DNA of 64,000 nt from Mytilus edulis (lineage: Eukaryota), in contig NC_092349.1 in assembly GCF_963676685.1 (NCBI RefSeq), positions 87,420,001 through 87,484,000 on the forward strand, in the 5' to 3' direction. Both the position numbers and the translations under genes were made by a program. The notes under the pieces are model-generated. The model was given only the letters and a program-made list of their open reading frames with translations, was not told where the DNA came from and made no database searches. Positions within the stretch are counted from its first letter, which is position 1. Every line of letters begins with the position of its first letter. Positions 51,938 to 64,000 of this stretch are shown here, one piece after another.

Positions 51938-52529
51938 TTCCTGGATATGTCATCAATTTCAATAAACATTCAGAAAACTAACAGGTCTTCTTTTAATTCT
52001 TTGATAAAATATAATGCAGTTCCAAGTTTACATATTGTAATGATGCCTTAGTGTGAGAAGCAGACAGGAGGAAGTGACAAATACTATGTTGAACTAACAA
52101 AAGTCCCTTCCTGCCTGTCACTCGTTTAGACTGTTTTCGCATTAATTTTACAATATTTTTTGAAAGAAAAATAAACCCAAATAATTAAAAACCAAGCATT
52201 ACTATTTGAATAATATCGTATAGTCATGTCAAAGCTTGGAAACTGTGTCAGTGATTGCAATAAGTTCCATATTAGTGTTTTTTTTGTATTCTAGAAATTT
52301 AGTATCGCTAAACTCATCATAAAGCAGGCCACGATAACATGTCTGAACCATTTCCTTGGATGCGATTCAGAGACCAGTAATTCAACTTTAAAAAAAGTCA
52401 ATGTATGTATACTGAGGAAAACCTTTACTGAATGCATGATGACATAGAAAGAAAAATACCTGTATAACCTATGCATAATTGCAAAGAAGCATTACAAAAA
52501 TACCAAATTCCGATGAAAATTCAAACCGG

Positions 52530-52773
52530 ATTTGAAATCACATAAGCAACACGACGGGTGACACATGTGGAGCAGGATCTGCTTACCCTTCCGGAGCACC
52601 TGAGATCGCCCCTAGTTTTTGGTGGGGTTCGTGTTGTTTATTCTTTAGTTTTCTATGTTGTGTCATGTGTACTATTGTTTTTCTGTTTGTCTTTTTCATT
52701 TTTAGCCATGGCGTTGTCAGTTTGTTTTAGATTTATGAGTTTGACGGTCCCTTTGGTATCTTTCGTCCCTCTT
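52530..52773 (+). mobile_element. Family 1 retroelement 3' fragment
   Basis: Reverse complement of 2021-2260. Confidence 0.75.
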
Positions 52774-55700
52774 TTAAACAACATTGAAGGAAATAAGAAA
52801 TACAAAGATTAAAGAAAAAAGTGACTATTGAATTTTCTAAAAATAAAAATTGTTGAAAATGATTGCCTTCAAATGATTGTTTCATAGAACTTATTTGAAT
52901 GCGCAATTGCATTATTATAATCGTAAACGGGCATATATCCAAGTAATCTTCTGGCTTTATCGTTTGTTACATAAAATGTGGTATTCAAATATGCTATGCT
53001 TCCGAATGTGAAATGGGAGAGTGGTAAGTGACCATTTGTAAAGTATTTCAACAAAAATGTCAAACAGGTTATTAGGAAAACCATAACAATAGCAAGCCAA
53101 TACAGAATATACCATGACGAGGGCTTACTGCTAAATGATCCAGAAAAGGCTTAAAAACACCCGGAACAGTATCAGGCGGTGTGTCATCTACGGAGAAGAA
53201 ATATTGACCGCCTAATTTCGGATACTTTAGAAGTTTCTCCACTGCTTTTACAAACATCATTGCCACGTTCCCAACATAACTGTATTGTATTTTAGCTATC
53301 ATTTGACCGACTAGTGGACATGTTCTGCCTTTGAACGGTCGAACTGCTGCCGGAATATTACCATTATCTAGTTCACCATACATTTCAAATGGGAGAAGGG
53401 CAAGTGTCTTCAATCGTTTCCTGAAATAGAATCGTGATATATAAAGCATTAAAACTAATCAGTTAGCTAGTACACAATTCGTGTGATTGACGTACTTTAC
53501 GAGTAACTACCAAGAGATTAAAACATTAAAAACACAAAGGCTGTCACTAGTGGAGGATATTATTTATCACACATTCAAATTGCCCGATCATCCCTTTTTT
53601 TTTGTAATCTTTTATTTTGTACGGTTATTTAGTACTTTTTCATTGTATTATCAGTTTTCTTTTCAAATCATAGTTCCTGATAATTTCCATCTTCTTATCT
53701 TTGATGCGACTGTCATTCAAAAAAGAAGCTTGGCTAGCCATAACACTAGTTTTGATTAACCGGTTACTACATCAGAAAGTGCCTGATCCAAGATAAGAAT
53801 ATGACAGTTGTTATCGATTGGTTGATGTGTTTGAGTTTTTGATTTCGCCGTTAGATGAGGGACTTTCAGTTTTACATTTTCTTCGGAATTCAGTATTTTT
53901 GTATGTTTACTTTTCCTTTGTACTTGAGTAAAAGTTTCCGAAGTGTTGATGACGCTTCAAGTGATACTTTCTTTGTAACAGGTGATAGACATATCAATTG
54001 GAATGAAGAGAAAATACTGACACCATAGTGTTGAAAGTCTTATCTATAATTACTTTTCTATAATTACCATTGTGTAAATAAGAATCATTTGCCGATAGAA
54101 CCATATTCTGTGCTTCTGTTTTTGTTTTCGCATATTCCCCAAAACATAATTTAGATGGAGTTTTAATGGTGGTCTCTGTTGCTGCTCTCGCTTCGTCCCC
54201 ACCGAAATATATAGAAGCTGATCCACAGTAAATTAAATTTGGAACGTTTTCTCTCCGACAAGCATTCAATACAGTTTCTGTTCCTAAAAATACACTATTG
54301 TAAAGATATCTTACGGAGACGTATCACATGAATTTGTGAATATTTAGTTTAAAATACATCCACTAATATGTTATTTGCTTTTAGTATCATTATTACTGGG
54401 TAGACAATGCGTTTTGCATTATTCTTGAAACTTGCTGAAAAAACTTCATTCAAGCAAAAGAAAAAAAACCTGTTTATCTCAATCAATTGTTCAATATATA
54501 GTCACATTTAGTTATCACTGTAAATAATTTTATGGAGCAAGTTTCTTTTTCTTTCGAATGAAATTTTAGGAAATATAAAAGTATTTGTTTAGAATATGAA
54601 CTGGTTCGTACGCCTTTTGGAGCAATAAAAGCGTTGTGTATAGTTGGATAGTACCCTTTTATTTTCGATGACTAAAACCTAAGACCACAATCACCTTTCA
54701 CATTTGCTAGACATGTCCCCGTTTTAATACTGTGGTCATTGTTTATCGGTAGGATTTCGTATGAATTGAATACTTTTATCAGTATTGATTCAGTAGGTAT
54801 GATTATCAATAAAATAGTAAAGATGTCATTTAATGAAGACACAATTGGTTATAGCTCAAGATTAGGAAATTGCTTCATTACATTAATTTGCTGTCTTTTT
54901 GCGTTGGAGCTTACAGAAGTTAGTATCGGTATTATGATCATAGAAAAAATGCACCTTATTGTTTTACATCAAATTTGGGATCTTAATTTAATATTCTATA
55001 TCATTATACCTCAGTTATCATTTTCTATATAAAATAAGTACATGATATTTCGACTATTTTTCAATTTGCAAGCGATTAACTATTTGACCTGTCTAAGAAA
55101 GTATTGGACCTCGATGAAACTATCTGACTGCAAACGTCATTATATATGAGTTTTTTGCTACTTTTAAGGTTAATTCGTGAAATTGAAATGAATCCAGCAA
55201 ATAGTTGTTTATCAGTCAGGGGAATTACTTAAACAGGTAACTTTTAGAATTACCTATACGAGTTGAAAACGGGGCTTTTCTTTAATATTACTTATAACAT
55301 AAGTAATGTTTCCAAATATATGTCCAATTAAACAGATTTTACTACCTTTAATAAATATTCACAGTCATCTGGTTATTTTTCCATTGAAATATAAAATTTA
55401 ATCCTTCTGAATCACTAATTGCCTATCTGACTTACTTATCTTTCATATCGACGCTTCAGGGTCAAAGGTTATTCTCTTGGGACTATTAAAATATCATTTT
55501 CCTTGAAAATCGTGAAAGTAGAAAGATATAAATAGATGGAAACTTGTGATTTAATTAAGACTTTTAATTAGGAGTTATTTATGATTTGTAACCTTAAACA
55601 ATTACATATGTACCTTAAATAAGCGTCATTACTAATTCTTTCAAAGATGTATAAAATGAATTATTTAAGTAATATTATTGTCATTATATTTAAAGTAACA

Positions 55701-55942
55701 CTTTATTTCTTCACTCCTCTGAAATTTAATAAAGTCTAAATTTTATGATATAAAATGATTTAAAAATTTACGACAACGACATTTAGTCCAGTCTTTTCTT
55801 GAAATTGAAAATAACTCTATTGAGTTATTTTATAATTTTTAAAAACAAAAATCACCTAATAATATAATTAATAACTTGTTTAAGTATTGCTCCTGACTGT
55901 TTATAACATTTTTCAACGGTTATAACCCAAGACCATCACTTT

Positions 55943-56450
55943 AAAAAAAAGAGGGACGAAAGATACCAAAGGGACAGTCAAACTCATAGATCGAAAATAA
56001 ACTGACAACGCCATGGCTAAAAATAAAAAAGACAAACAGACAAACAATAGTACACATGACACAACATAGAAAACTAAAGAATAAGCAACATAAACCCCAC
56101 CAAAAGCTAGGGGCGATCTCAGGTGCTCCAGAAGGGTAAGCAGATCCTGCTCCACATTTGGCACCCGTTGTGTTGCTTATGTGATAAAAAATCCGGTAAA
56201 AAGTCTAATTCGGTAGGTCACACTCATGAAAGGGAAGGGGATTGTAGTTACGACGTAAGGAACATATCCGATATCATTTGTGAAACGGTTATTCCATAAC
56301 GGTTAACCAACTCGTGTTTACAAAGGGATGATTTCAACTTCACCATTTGGAACTCTTGGTTTTATAGCTTCCCTGTGAGCAGCAACCCTCTATCAGGAAA
56401 ATCATGATAGGAAATGTAAGCACGGAAATATCGTATCAATTGGGACATAT
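55943..56450 (-). mobile_element. 3' fragment of a Penelope-like retroelement (family 1) with RT C-terminal remnant
   Basis: The minus strand encodes a decayed GLLLTGKL.NQEFQMVKLKSSL. Absent from the paralog at ~27665. Confidence 0.7.
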
Positions 56451-56456
56451 GTACTT

Positions 56457-56517
56457 GATTGTAACAGGGACAGGTCAAGCAATTTTAACAGTTGCTTGAC
56501 CTGTCCCTGTTACAATC
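56457..56517. repeat. Perfect 26-bp inverted repeat with a 9-nt loop
   Basis: GATTGTAACAGGGACAGGTCAAGCAA / TTGCTTGACCTGTCCCTGTTACAATC. Confidence 0.9.
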
Positions 56518-57418
56518 CAAGGCATTTTGTTTATCTTTAGTGTATAGTACAAACTTATTCATTTGATTACTATTGTTTGTCGAGGTCATTATCAATGAAA
56601 ATAGTGAAGATGTCAACGCCCCCTTTGGTTTTACTTGTAAATAAGAAATTACTTAACAGGTTTGTCAACCTCCTTTCTTATCTTTAGGGTGATACAACCA
56701 TTTTCTTGATTAATGTGGACATTATAAGAATTATAGAACAAATTAAAAAGAAAACAAACAGAGTTTACCAGTTTGACATAAATAATTTAAATTATAACAG
56801 TAAATTGAAGTTTTACAATTCCAGTTTATCATATCTATTACAGTTGTTAACAGATATTTCTTCCAAAAATAATCTATGATCATAAATATTCAAACGTTGT
56901 TAACAAGATTTTTCCAAAGTTCGATTTGTTGTATACCATTTAGAATATTAGTCGAATGCTTTAAACTTTCGTGAAAAATAAAGTTTTTTTGTTGTTATTT
57001 TCTTAATAAAATCTTAAATATGATAATACTTATTAAGTCTTTTTTTACATCTGATTATGAAATATTTTTTTCAGGAACAAACGTTCCTATCTGAAACATT
57101 CAGCCTACTGAAAATCCATTGTGTTATTCGGTTATTGTCTAATTAAAAAACTCAACGACACAAATACACATTGAAATAAAATAAAAATCTATATATAGTC
57201 TTCAACTAGGAACAAGTGTAATATATAATTAAAGCGATGAAAGTAAAAAAATAAATTCAAAGAAAACGACCAAAGATCTAGTACAGAAAAAACTAATTCC
57301 CTGAATGACAAAAACGGGATAAACAAAAGTCAAGTAAAGACAACCCCTGGCGAGCGTCATTACATGGGGCAGGTACATGATAATGTGGCGACGTTATAAT
57401 CTGTTGTTCTTTGCTAAA

Positions 57419-58782
57419 CCCTTACCGAAAAAATCAGCCTCCTGCAAATAGTTGCTGCAGGTCTGCTGCGAACTTGCTGCAGACTTGCAGCGAACACAGA
57501 GTCTGAGTTTGCAGCGTGTTTGCTGCAAATACGCTGCAGGTCTGCTGCAAACAATTTACCATGCAAATGAGTGTTTGCTGCAGACCTGCTGCAAACATTT
57601 ATATGCAAATGAGTGTTTGCGGCAGACCTGCTGCAAACATTTTTATGCAAATTAATCTTTCTCCTTCATGTTTGCAGCAGACCTGCTGCGTGTTTGCTGC
57701 AGACCTGCTGCAAACATTTTTATGCAAATTAATCTTTCTCCTGCGTGTTTGCAGCAGACCTGCTGCGTGTTTGCTGCAGACCTGCTGCAAACATTTATAT
57801 TCAAATTAATTTTTCTCCTGCGTGTTTGCTGCAAACTTGCAGGAACTACATAAATGATTATACAATATTAACCAATTAAGTCATGTTGTGTATACACATA
57901 ACATTATCTTTATTACACAGTAAATTCTGAAAAGTTTGGTTACATACATACATACAATAATTCGAATAATTTATCATTTGCATAATTATCATAGCAAAGG
58001 TTTATTCCTTTAAAAAATAATTTGAAGATTTCTTGTTGTTCAAGTATGTGCTAAAATGAATTGCATGCATATCTAAAATACAAAAAAAGGTTTATTTGAA
58101 ATTAATTTTGTGCATATATACTGCTTTTTAATTTATATTTTGTGCATATATACTGCTTTTAAATTTTTGAATTATAACAACACAATATTTTAAAATAATT
58201 TATCATCTCCAAACATTCTTGAGTGTACTGTATAGTTGTTACATGTTTGAAAATGTTTTTCAAAACTTCATGCAGGTATATTCAGGGGACGAATTTCATA
58301 TATTTACACGTCTATGAAGAATCAATACTTACAACAAATGTCTTTGAAAACTTTTCTTTTAATTTCCAACCTAAAATACTTCCTGAATACTAATACATTG
58401 TATGATAACATGACTCAAACACCTTGAACATTTTCAAATTTCAAATCTGTATCTTCCAGGAAGTTACCAATGGGCATGCTCATTCGTTTTATGTAATTCT
58501 TGCAATGCTCTTGCAAACATATAGAATTGTCAAAGATTCCTGCAATCTAGCTGCGAACATCTCTTAAATTCTAGAGTTTCCTGCAATCTTACAGCAAACA
58601 TAAAAGTTTCTGCAAACTTGCCGCAAGCTTGCAGCAAAAAGCTGCAATGTTTGCAGGAGGTTCGCAGCTAGCTGCAAACTTCTGCAAACATTATTCAAAG
58701 GGTTCCTGCAAGCTTTTTGTTTGCAGCAGACCTGCAGCAAGTATGCTGCAGACCTGCTGCAAACATTTCAGTTCTGTAAGGG
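57419..58782. mobile_element. Non-autonomous DNA transposon (EnSpm/CMC-like), 1364 bp
   Basis: TIR CCCTTAC(C/A)GAA, many subterminal GCTGCAGACCTGCTGCAAAC repeats, and a 2-bp TSD AA. Absent from the paralogous site at ~29005. Confidence 0.8.
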
Positions 58783-61700
58783 AATCTACCCTACCCCTTG
58801 AATATCGGTCAGTTGAAGAAGAAAATGTACAAATAACAATTCAGAAAAGTCTCTTAACTCTTTGAAACCGGTAATAAGATGACAAGACTTTACGTTATTT
58901 GTTAAATACAAATTGAGAAACGTCAATTATGTTTATCAATTCCTTTTTACTTTATATTTATCATATTGTTATTATTTAATGCACCTATACCACCATATTT
59001 ATTTTTTTGTATCACTTAATCAATGACGAATTCCCTTATTAACTTAGGCTGGTTTCTCGTTTTAGGAATATTGTTGATCCTTACAATACTGATTTCAGAG
59101 TTGAAATAATCATATACCTTTTATGTTCACCTCTTGTGATACTTTTTTGTCGGGGAAATTGGAATAATCTATTTTGGAAGCAATATGTAGAACAATATCA
59201 GTCCCACGACATACCTCTCCGACTAACTTGTTATCCGTTATACTTCCAGAAAAGATACGCAAGGGTTTGCTTGCCTGGAAGTCTGAAAAATCAATAAAAG
59301 TAGAAAACTAGGAAGTATTAAACGAAGTATGATAAGAAAGATTGTAATAAATACGAAATACATTTAAGCTATTTTTGACTGAAGTAGAGGATCTCATTGT
59401 AGAGCTACCCTTTAATGTGTAAACGTCTGTCTCATTCATTGGATGATGTTTTCCTTTCACATTTTTCTATGTTATAATTTTTTACCTTTTCTAGTTTAAG
59501 ATTTAGACCTTAACCTAACATGCGAATCGTAATAAAACCTTGAAAATCGTCTGCGATTATGCATATATATTCAGACCAGGTATTATCGAACATTATTGTA
59601 CTTATGTGTTAACTATAAATCGCCCTTAAAAGAATGAACTAAATTAAGTTCAAATGTTCTCATGACATGGTCAATTCTGCCAACTTTTCAATATCTTATA
59701 TCTTTTAATATATGTATGAGAATTTGGTAAAGCGTAAAAGAGGCGAAACATATCAAAGGGAAGTTTAAAATTCCTTAGGCGTAAAAAAAATGTATTTTAC
59801 TATATTGAACATGCTAGCTATATAACCTGTAGTACGCCAAAGGAACAAATGATCTGGAGGTTATAGTTGACAAAAAATTACATAATAAGAAAGATGAATA
59901 TTTGTCAGCCACCTACCTATTTTTTGTTCGTAAGACACCATATCCAATACCCGAATTTCACGAACATTTTCAGCATAGATCTGCAAGTGTTTTACAACAT
60001 GTTGACCAAGGAATCCACTTCCTCCTGTTACCAAAACAACAAATTTCTTCATCCTTTCCTTTTCTGTAAAAATATGTTTCTTTTCTCTGTAGAAATATGT
60101 TTTGTTAATTTGTAAATTGAGCGGGAAGGGTGTCAATATCGATAATATATATAATTGTAGCGTTAATATGTTACAAGGAATATATAGAATCCTGTTTTTT
60201 TCAGGGATTGTGAAATATCCCAGTTTTTCCGTGATTATGTATAGTCTCTAATTTTATAAGAGATTATATATAATCACTGATCTTATATAGTGACTAAAAA
60301 TTTTTGATAATTATTTTACAAATTCGCTGGTATGATTTTAGGTCTTATCAATACATTAATACAACCACCATTTGACCAAATATCATTTCAAAGTGTAAAT
60401 GAAGTTTTCACTCCGTATCCATTTGTGAAATCCTTATTGTAAGTTTGCAGTGATATGGTATTCAAATGTGTTCAACCCCGGTACTTCATAAACAAATAGG
60501 TAGTTACTATTACGATTGAACGTACCATCATTTCCATTGATAGTGGTAATGGTAACTAAACATGTATTGTTTGCCAAAAACTGGCAGCACACGAATATTC
60601 ATGTTCTGAATGTTAATGCACGGTGCATATGAGTAATTTATAGTAAACAAAAAAAATGTTTTGTTTGTTTAATATTTCATGACAAAATATATGTGTCTAA
60701 GAAATTAAAACAAAGAGAGCTTACACAACTATCTGAACAATGAGGCAGAACGTATTAGGCAAAATTTGGATATTGACTGGTATGCTTTTATACTGATTCC
60801 GCATGTTGACCGAGTAAAGGATACCACAAAAATATATTGGTCATCATTAAATATAAAAAGGATATTTAATATCGTGTCTACTAAACATGGAATTTAGCTT
60901 GGACCCTGCACAAGGATTAATTCGAGATGGCTGATTCAGTTTGTTTGGCAACTTCCGATTATTTATTTTAGTCTTTATTCTCTTCGATGTGCAGTTTTGT
61001 CAGATTTACAATCTGAAGGACATGTTTTTTATATATAAATGTGAATGGTGTAGCCAAAAGCGGTGTGAATCAAAAAGATAATCATGCAGAAAAGCGTTTT
61101 GATGTTTAGGCTTGTAAAGAGGTGTTATATGAGTTTATATTATACATTTATTAGCTTTTCTATATTAAAAAAATTATTCCCTAATTCCAGTTATTAGTTA
61201 TAATATCTGACATTTGTTCTAGTGATGATACATCATGAAAAAATATTTGTTCTAGTTGTGCATAATGAAATGAGTATATTGAATCCCTTAATGAACCAGA
61301 TATTATACATACTTTTTGAAAAGTTCAGAAAATATCTTTACACCCTAGTAATTCAAAATTACTGATACCTGGTAACATACATGTAAAGACATATTCATAA
61401 GCTAACATTCTTTCAGAGAAAGTTCTCAAACGAAAATTTGAGAAATGAAAATATAGTTTTTAAGTTAAATTGAAAACTTTCGCTATTAATATTTCACAAT
61501 GATTGTGCCAGACAAGGATGAAACTTTTCGTGTTTAAAAAATTAAATGATCATGAAACGATATCTCTGATATATAATTCGACGAAATGATTACAAATGTT
61601 AAATTAACACTGAAACAAAATAATTCAAACCAATTAACTTTGCGAGAGTTTTTGTTTTATCTCGTAATTTGCGAGTGAAAATAAACGCGAATATTCACGT

Positions 61701-62279
61701 TTTGAATGCGCCTCAAGATCAACAAAGTTAGAAAATCGCTAAAGTAGAGTTGGTTAAAGTATATACAGAAAGAGGGGAAATGCGCTAAGTGACCCTTTTG
61801 GTATACAAAATTTAGGTAAAAAAAATTAAAAAACTTAAACTTAAAAATAATCGTTAAGTATGAGAAAGTTTAAAGCGTCATATTTTTGAAATATGATGAA
61901 TGTTTATAGAGATTGTATATATTCTAAAGGTTGCGACATTCTATTGAAATTCTATTAAGACATCGTTGGCAGATTCTCACTGATATTTATCATTCAGGAA
62001 AAAACAAGCTCATGTTAGCTCAATTACATTTTACGGGAAAGTTCCTGTTTATTAAGACAAACATTGTGGTACATTTATATTGTTGGTTATTGCAAGCTAA
62101 AACTATGCATTTTCGTGACATCAAGACATTATTAAATGTGATGTAATGGGTAAAAACAAACTCGTTCAAATTTCATTAAAAAGTTAGGCAAACTAAGGCT
62201 AGTATCTCACCCGGACCTTTCAAGAATTAATTCAACGTGTATGAATTAAATAATCATAGATATCAGTATTACAATTTGG

Positions 62280-62325
62280 TACGCCAGACGCGCATTCGTC
62301 TATACAAGACTCATAAGTGACGCTC
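62280..62325 (-). ncRNA. Degenerate hammerhead ribozyme in a dispersed repeat
   Basis: Reverse complement GAGCGTCA CTTATGA GTCT..AGAC GAAT GCGC GTC TGGCGT; the core is mutated. Confidence 0.45.
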
Positions 62326-62739
62326 GAATCAATGTTGTTAAAGGCAAAATAAAGTACTGAGGTAAATTTCTCATTTATCTTGTTATACAAAACGCTTTAT
62401 TTATTTCATTTGTACTGTTCTATGTGACTATGATTTATGTTGAATATCGGCTAAAAAGGAGTAGAATCATGTCTTGGCATCAACGGGACAACTATTTTTT
62501 TGCCAAATTATTTTTATTCAAAATCGTGTTATAATAAATAAAAATGTACTCGATGCGATCTATCAGCATTTATGGATGAACCTTTGGAATGATTAACGTT
62601 CAAATCCTAAAGTTGAAATAGACCAATTAGGAAAAAAATAGGAACACTATATAATTTAATGGGACTTAAAAAATTGCCAAAACTATTTAAGTATAAACTT
62701 GCGCTCTGTAGTTTCAAGTTTGATTGTTTTCATAACAAA

Positions 62740-63180
62740 ATTTCTCTAATTCTTACTCGATTTATCCTTTACCCGATCTGTTGATTATTTTTAATTAATC
62801 AACGTGTGGTTTATTTGATCTCAGTTCTTCATTGGTCAAAATTCGATTATGACGTCAAACTTTCTTGCCTTCTTCTAAATTTCCAATTGTGACGGCATGA
62901 AAAAAAGGCGACCATGCTTGATGACATCACATAGAAAGAACACATCTTGTTGCAGTTCATTTCAAAAGAAAGAATAAGTTTGCCCGCATATTGTTTAAAA
63001 ATCATTAGAGAAACAGATTCCTTAACTAAATCTTGTGTAATACGATCTTTATCCATTCCCGATAATTAAATTATAAATATTTAAAACGCTCGGTGGGCCT
63101 CGCGTTTTAAATTTGAAAAATTTAACTGTCTCGAGTCGATAAATATCGTATCACACTCGATACAGTGGTAGATTATATGT
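62740..63180 (-). mobile_element. Diverged inverted copy of the 28285-28700 element
   Basis: Shares AAAAAAGGCGACCATG..TGATGACATCACA, AGAGAAACAGATTCC and TTTAACTGTCTCGAGT. Confidence 0.6.
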
Positions 63181-64000
63181 ATCAATTATAAATATAATAA
63201 ATGTTTATAATAAACAATGCATCCGACACGCAGTTTCCAATCCATCCTCACGGAAGATCAGAACCATACGTTTGAGAAACATTATATGGATAACTAGTCT
63301 TGAAGCTCCAGAGGCAAAAGGGGATCGGCAACAATAGAAAGGATGGTCTAACTCATTTTGTGTTATGGGAGGTGCAAAGTTTTTGTGATGGTGTATGGCC
63401 TGGTCCATTCTGATAAATATTTAAAAAAAAAAATGAATAAAAACAATAACGATAATAATGTCCTTTCTTTCAACAGAATAACATATATAGTCCAAAGACT
63501 TGTTGACGTATAAGACTAGATTATTTATACCTGTATTAAATCCATCTTTCAACATACACCACCAAACGTGCTAACATGTGTACAAAATTATTAAGTACGC
63601 AAACTTAAGGTCACTGACCAACTAAATGTAAATTGGTTCGAAACTCCATTCACACTAACCATATCTACACAGTCACATGAATGCATTGAAATAAATTTAA
63701 TATAAAAAAAAAGATAGGTAGGCGATTTTTAATTAATTTCACTCTATTATACAATAATTGTTTTACAGGTTTAAGAAAATTAACACTGTTGTTGGAAAGG
63801 GTATTGCTTTTGACAGTAATTAAAGAGAAGTGTGCGGAGGGAATCCTTTTATGAGTAACGACATTTGCAATACAAAATGTAGCTTTGTTGAATTTCAACG
63901 CATACATAAACCGAATTTTAAAATTAAATCAAACTGAATTTTAGAATGTATCAGTTTCTGTTCACCCTTAACGATCACCTGAGGTACTAATCCGTAGATT

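Larger units (their letters stand above)
52869..60052 (-). pseudogene. Second 3-beta-HSD-like copy with two 1-nt deletions in the last exon; exons 60052-59917, 59282-59118, 54283-54068, 53420-52869
   Basis: Exons 1-3 are intact and the same length as in copy 1. The last exon is 552 vs 554 nt, with deletions at ~53417-53419 and ~53133-53135. The first deletion gives GGA AAC GAT TGA immediately. Confidence 0.75.
50190..63952 (+). repeat. Segmental duplicate of ~20600-39960
   Basis: Collinear exons and introns; e.g. ~39845-39960 matches ~63840-63952. Confidence 0.85.

Noticed and set aside
52558-52812. ORFs EQDLLTLPEHLRSPLVFGG (also 55913-56164, 12049-12322, 3078-3383)
   Set aside because: They fall inside multi-copy retroelement 3' ends and are not host genes.
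57414-57853. Cys/Gln-rich ORFs in all frames
   Set aside because: They arise from the subterminal repeats of a DNA transposon.

Overview
AT-rich eukaryotic genomic DNA with spliced genes. It is most likely from a bivalve mollusc, and the repeat content suggests Mytilus (inference). (1) A tandem cluster of secreted Gly/Met-rich protein genes lies on the + strand: A (385-1626, 5' end outside the window), B (9952-12055), C (19881-22292), plus an orphan 3' copy D (50301-51937). They are only visible once micro-exons are spliced. The complete genes read signal peptide / AGYG[KR]G / (GGM)n domain / GGK-R-Y-[RK]-R, encoded largely by an 18-nt exon / short acidic Tyr-rich tail ending YDY. This resembles abductin, the hinge-ligament rubber protein, with an added convertase-releasable peptide. 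(2) Two 4-exon 3-beta-HSD-like extended SDR genes lie on the - strand, one intact and one with two 1-nt deletions. They arose by a segmental duplication (~20.6-40.0 kb vs ~50.2-64 kb) that also copied the 3' end of gene C. (3) A dynein light chain LC8 gene. (4) A young full-length Gmr1-type Ty3/gypsy LTR element (integrase before RT) in HSD intron 1. (5) A 351-nt hammerhead-ribozyme retrozyme unit in gene B intron 1, many Penelope-like retroelement fragments, MITEs and minisatellites. Repeat boundaries were read by eye and are approximate.
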